From positions 806,001 through 870,000 of the forward strand of contig OX597818.1 in the NCBI GenBank assembly GCA_951406725.2: DNA of 64,000 nt. The letters are read 5' to 3'. Below are positions 62,421 to 64,000 of the stretch, piece by piece. Position numbers and translations under genes: made by a program. Numbering within the stretch: position 1 is the first letter of the stretch; each line of letters begins with the position of its first letter. The stretch is from Octopus vulgaris (taxonomy: Eukaryota). The notes below the pieces were generated by a model. That model was given only the letters and a program-made list of their open reading frames with translations, was not told the origin of the DNA and searched no databases.

Positions 62421-63971
62421 ATGGAATCAAGGATGTTATTTCAAAGGAATATATTTGAGTGTTATCTGTGCGGTGTTATAGTAACAAAACCAAAAGCTTT
62501 GCCATGTCTTCACAGTTTTTGTGTTGAATGTCTTAGTATCTATATTTCTGCCAATGCCATTGACACAACAAAGACATTTCCTTGTCCACAGTGCTTGAGA
62601 AACATTAAACCAAAAGACACATCAAAACCTATTCAAGAATGGGCAGCTTTATTCCCAGATAATATTTTCCTCCTTAATCTGCTGAACAACTCAAAGATTA
62701 GATCACTTTTAAATATCACCAATGAAAGTAATATAACGAAGAAGAAGAAACCTTTTTCTAAGATTGCATACTTTAATTGTCCTTCACTGAGAAAAAGTGG
62801 TAAAATTTCTGATTTTTATACAAAGCAATCTGTGAATAGTCAATATATTACAAAGTCTGTGACATACTCAACAAAATCAGCTAAAACAATAGTTGAAAGT
62901 ATCCCTTGTAACAAAAAACACTTTCAGTTTGAAAGCAAAAGAAATACTGATATTAGCTATACTAGAATCTTCCGAAGTAACCGGAAACCAATGTTGGATG
63001 CCAGGGTATCAGAAACACATTTCAAGAATTATTTTGTTAATAAACCAAACCCAGTTGAGAAAGGAACAAATGTTAAGCAGGATACTAAAAGGAAAAGCAA
63101 TGTTTCTAATGACTGTCAAAGTAAATCAAACATGAATAAAAACTGCAAAGAAGTCCATGCAGAAGTTTTTGATGGGTTCAAATGTACAATCCCTGGAATT
63201 GAAATTACAAGTGAACCAAGCAACATTCTAGTTACTGCCGATAGCTGTATTTTAGTGGCTGACCCTAAGAACAAGAACATCAAGAAGTTTTCTCAAGAAG
63301 GACTCCTACTCGACTTATATAAACTAAATTCAGCACCATCAGACATAACACTTATTTCAACAACTCAGATTGCAATCAGTTTCTTCTTAAGTTTTGAACT
63401 GTGTTTCCTTACACTTAGCAAACCTTTCAAGGTTACTGGAAGATTGTCAGTACCAAAACAATATCAGAAACTTTCTCGTGGTGTTGGCTGGACATTGGTA
63501 GGGCTCAGTATGAAACCAGGAGGACTGGCAACATTGGATGTATTCTCTTTCACTGGGGAAATAATAAACAGTTTAATTGTTCATGTGAAAGGTGAATGTG
63601 CTTACCTGACCACATCCCCACATGGGGATATGCTTATTTCTAGTTGCAAAGATAAAATATTAAGTTGTTATGATGTTAAAGGAGCATTGAAGTTCCTGTA
63701 TTTTAATACTGACCAGGCTGCTGTTATAGACCCAAAGGGCATATGTATTGATCCAGATGGCTTTATATATCTAGCTGATGGTAAAGTCAGCAAAATCCAC
63801 AGACTCAATCCTGATGGTACTTATGACTGTGAGTTTTTGTCAGCTTTTGATGGAATTGACCGGCCTGCAGTAATGTGCATGGATAAAACTGGTTACAAGT
63901 TGATTGCTGCACAATCAGATGGAGAAATTAAAATGTTTATTCTTCATCCTCACATGAAGCTAAATAAGTAA
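62421..63971 (+). CDS. RING-finger (C3HC4) + NHL beta-propeller protein, TRIM-NHL-related putative E3 ubiquitin ligase, single coding exon
   Basis: Uninterrupted 516-aa ORF. CYLC..PKALPCLHSFCVECL..FPCPQC followed by FPDNIFL. C-terminal NHL-like repeats (PSNILV..ILVAD, DPKGICIDPDGFIYLAD, RPAVMCMD). Possible 5' UTR splice acceptor ttttcag at ~62137. Confidence 0.93.
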   Translation: MESRMLFQRNIFECYLCGVIVTKPKALPCLHSFCVECLSIYISANAIDTTKTFPCPQCLRNIKPKDTSKPIQEWAALFPDNIFLLNLLNNSKIRSLLNITNESNITKKKKPFSKIAYFNCPSLRKSGKISDFYTKQSVNSQYITKSVTYSTKSAKTIVESIPCNKKHFQFESKRNTDISYTRIFRSNRKPMLDARVSETHFKNYFVNKPNPVEKGTNVKQDTKRKSNVSNDCQSKSNMNKNCKEVHAEVFDGFKCTIPGIEITSEPSNILVTADSCILVADPKNKNIKKFSQEGLLLDLYKLNSAPSDITLISTTQIAISFFLSFELCFLTLSKPFKVTGRLSVPKQYQKLSRGVGWTLVGLSMKPGGLATLDVFSFTGEIINSLIVHVKGECAYLTTSPHGDMLISSCKDKILSCYDVKGALKFLYFNTDQAAVIDPKGICIDPDGFIYLADGKVSKIHRLNPDGTYDCEFLSAFDGIDRPAVMCMDKTGYKLIAAQSDGEIKMFILHPHMKLNK

Positions 63972-64000
63972 CAGAATACTAACAACAACAATTATTAAAT

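Overview
AT-rich, microsatellite-dense eukaryotic DNA. The SINE and RTE families point to a coleoid cephalopod, probably Octopus (inference from repeat content). Nearly all of the window is layered transposon debris: RTE LINEs of at least three subfamilies, CR1-type, Tx1/L1-type and R4/Dong-type LINE fragments, Penelope-like element (PLE) ends, one complete but decayed Ty3/gypsy provirus (218-bp LTRs, GCCTT target-site duplication), four mariner relics, a hAT transposase pseudogene, several MITEs and many tRNA-derived SINEs. The only convincing host gene is an intronless 516-aa RING + NHL-repeat ORF at 62421-63971, which lacks the B-box and coiled coil of TRIM-NHL proteins. Main signals: (1) a C4HC3 PHD-type finger inserted inside the RT domain of four RTE copies; (2) minimal type-I hammerhead ribozyme folds with a non-canonical C4 core in PLE ends; (3) a repeated PLE-like module of a ~450-nt intron followed by swapped hammerhead half-cores; (4) LTR divergence dominated by CpG decay; (5) a 457-bp templated insertion; (6) several long hairpins. 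All alignments and counts were done by eye. Boundaries of decayed elements are approximate.
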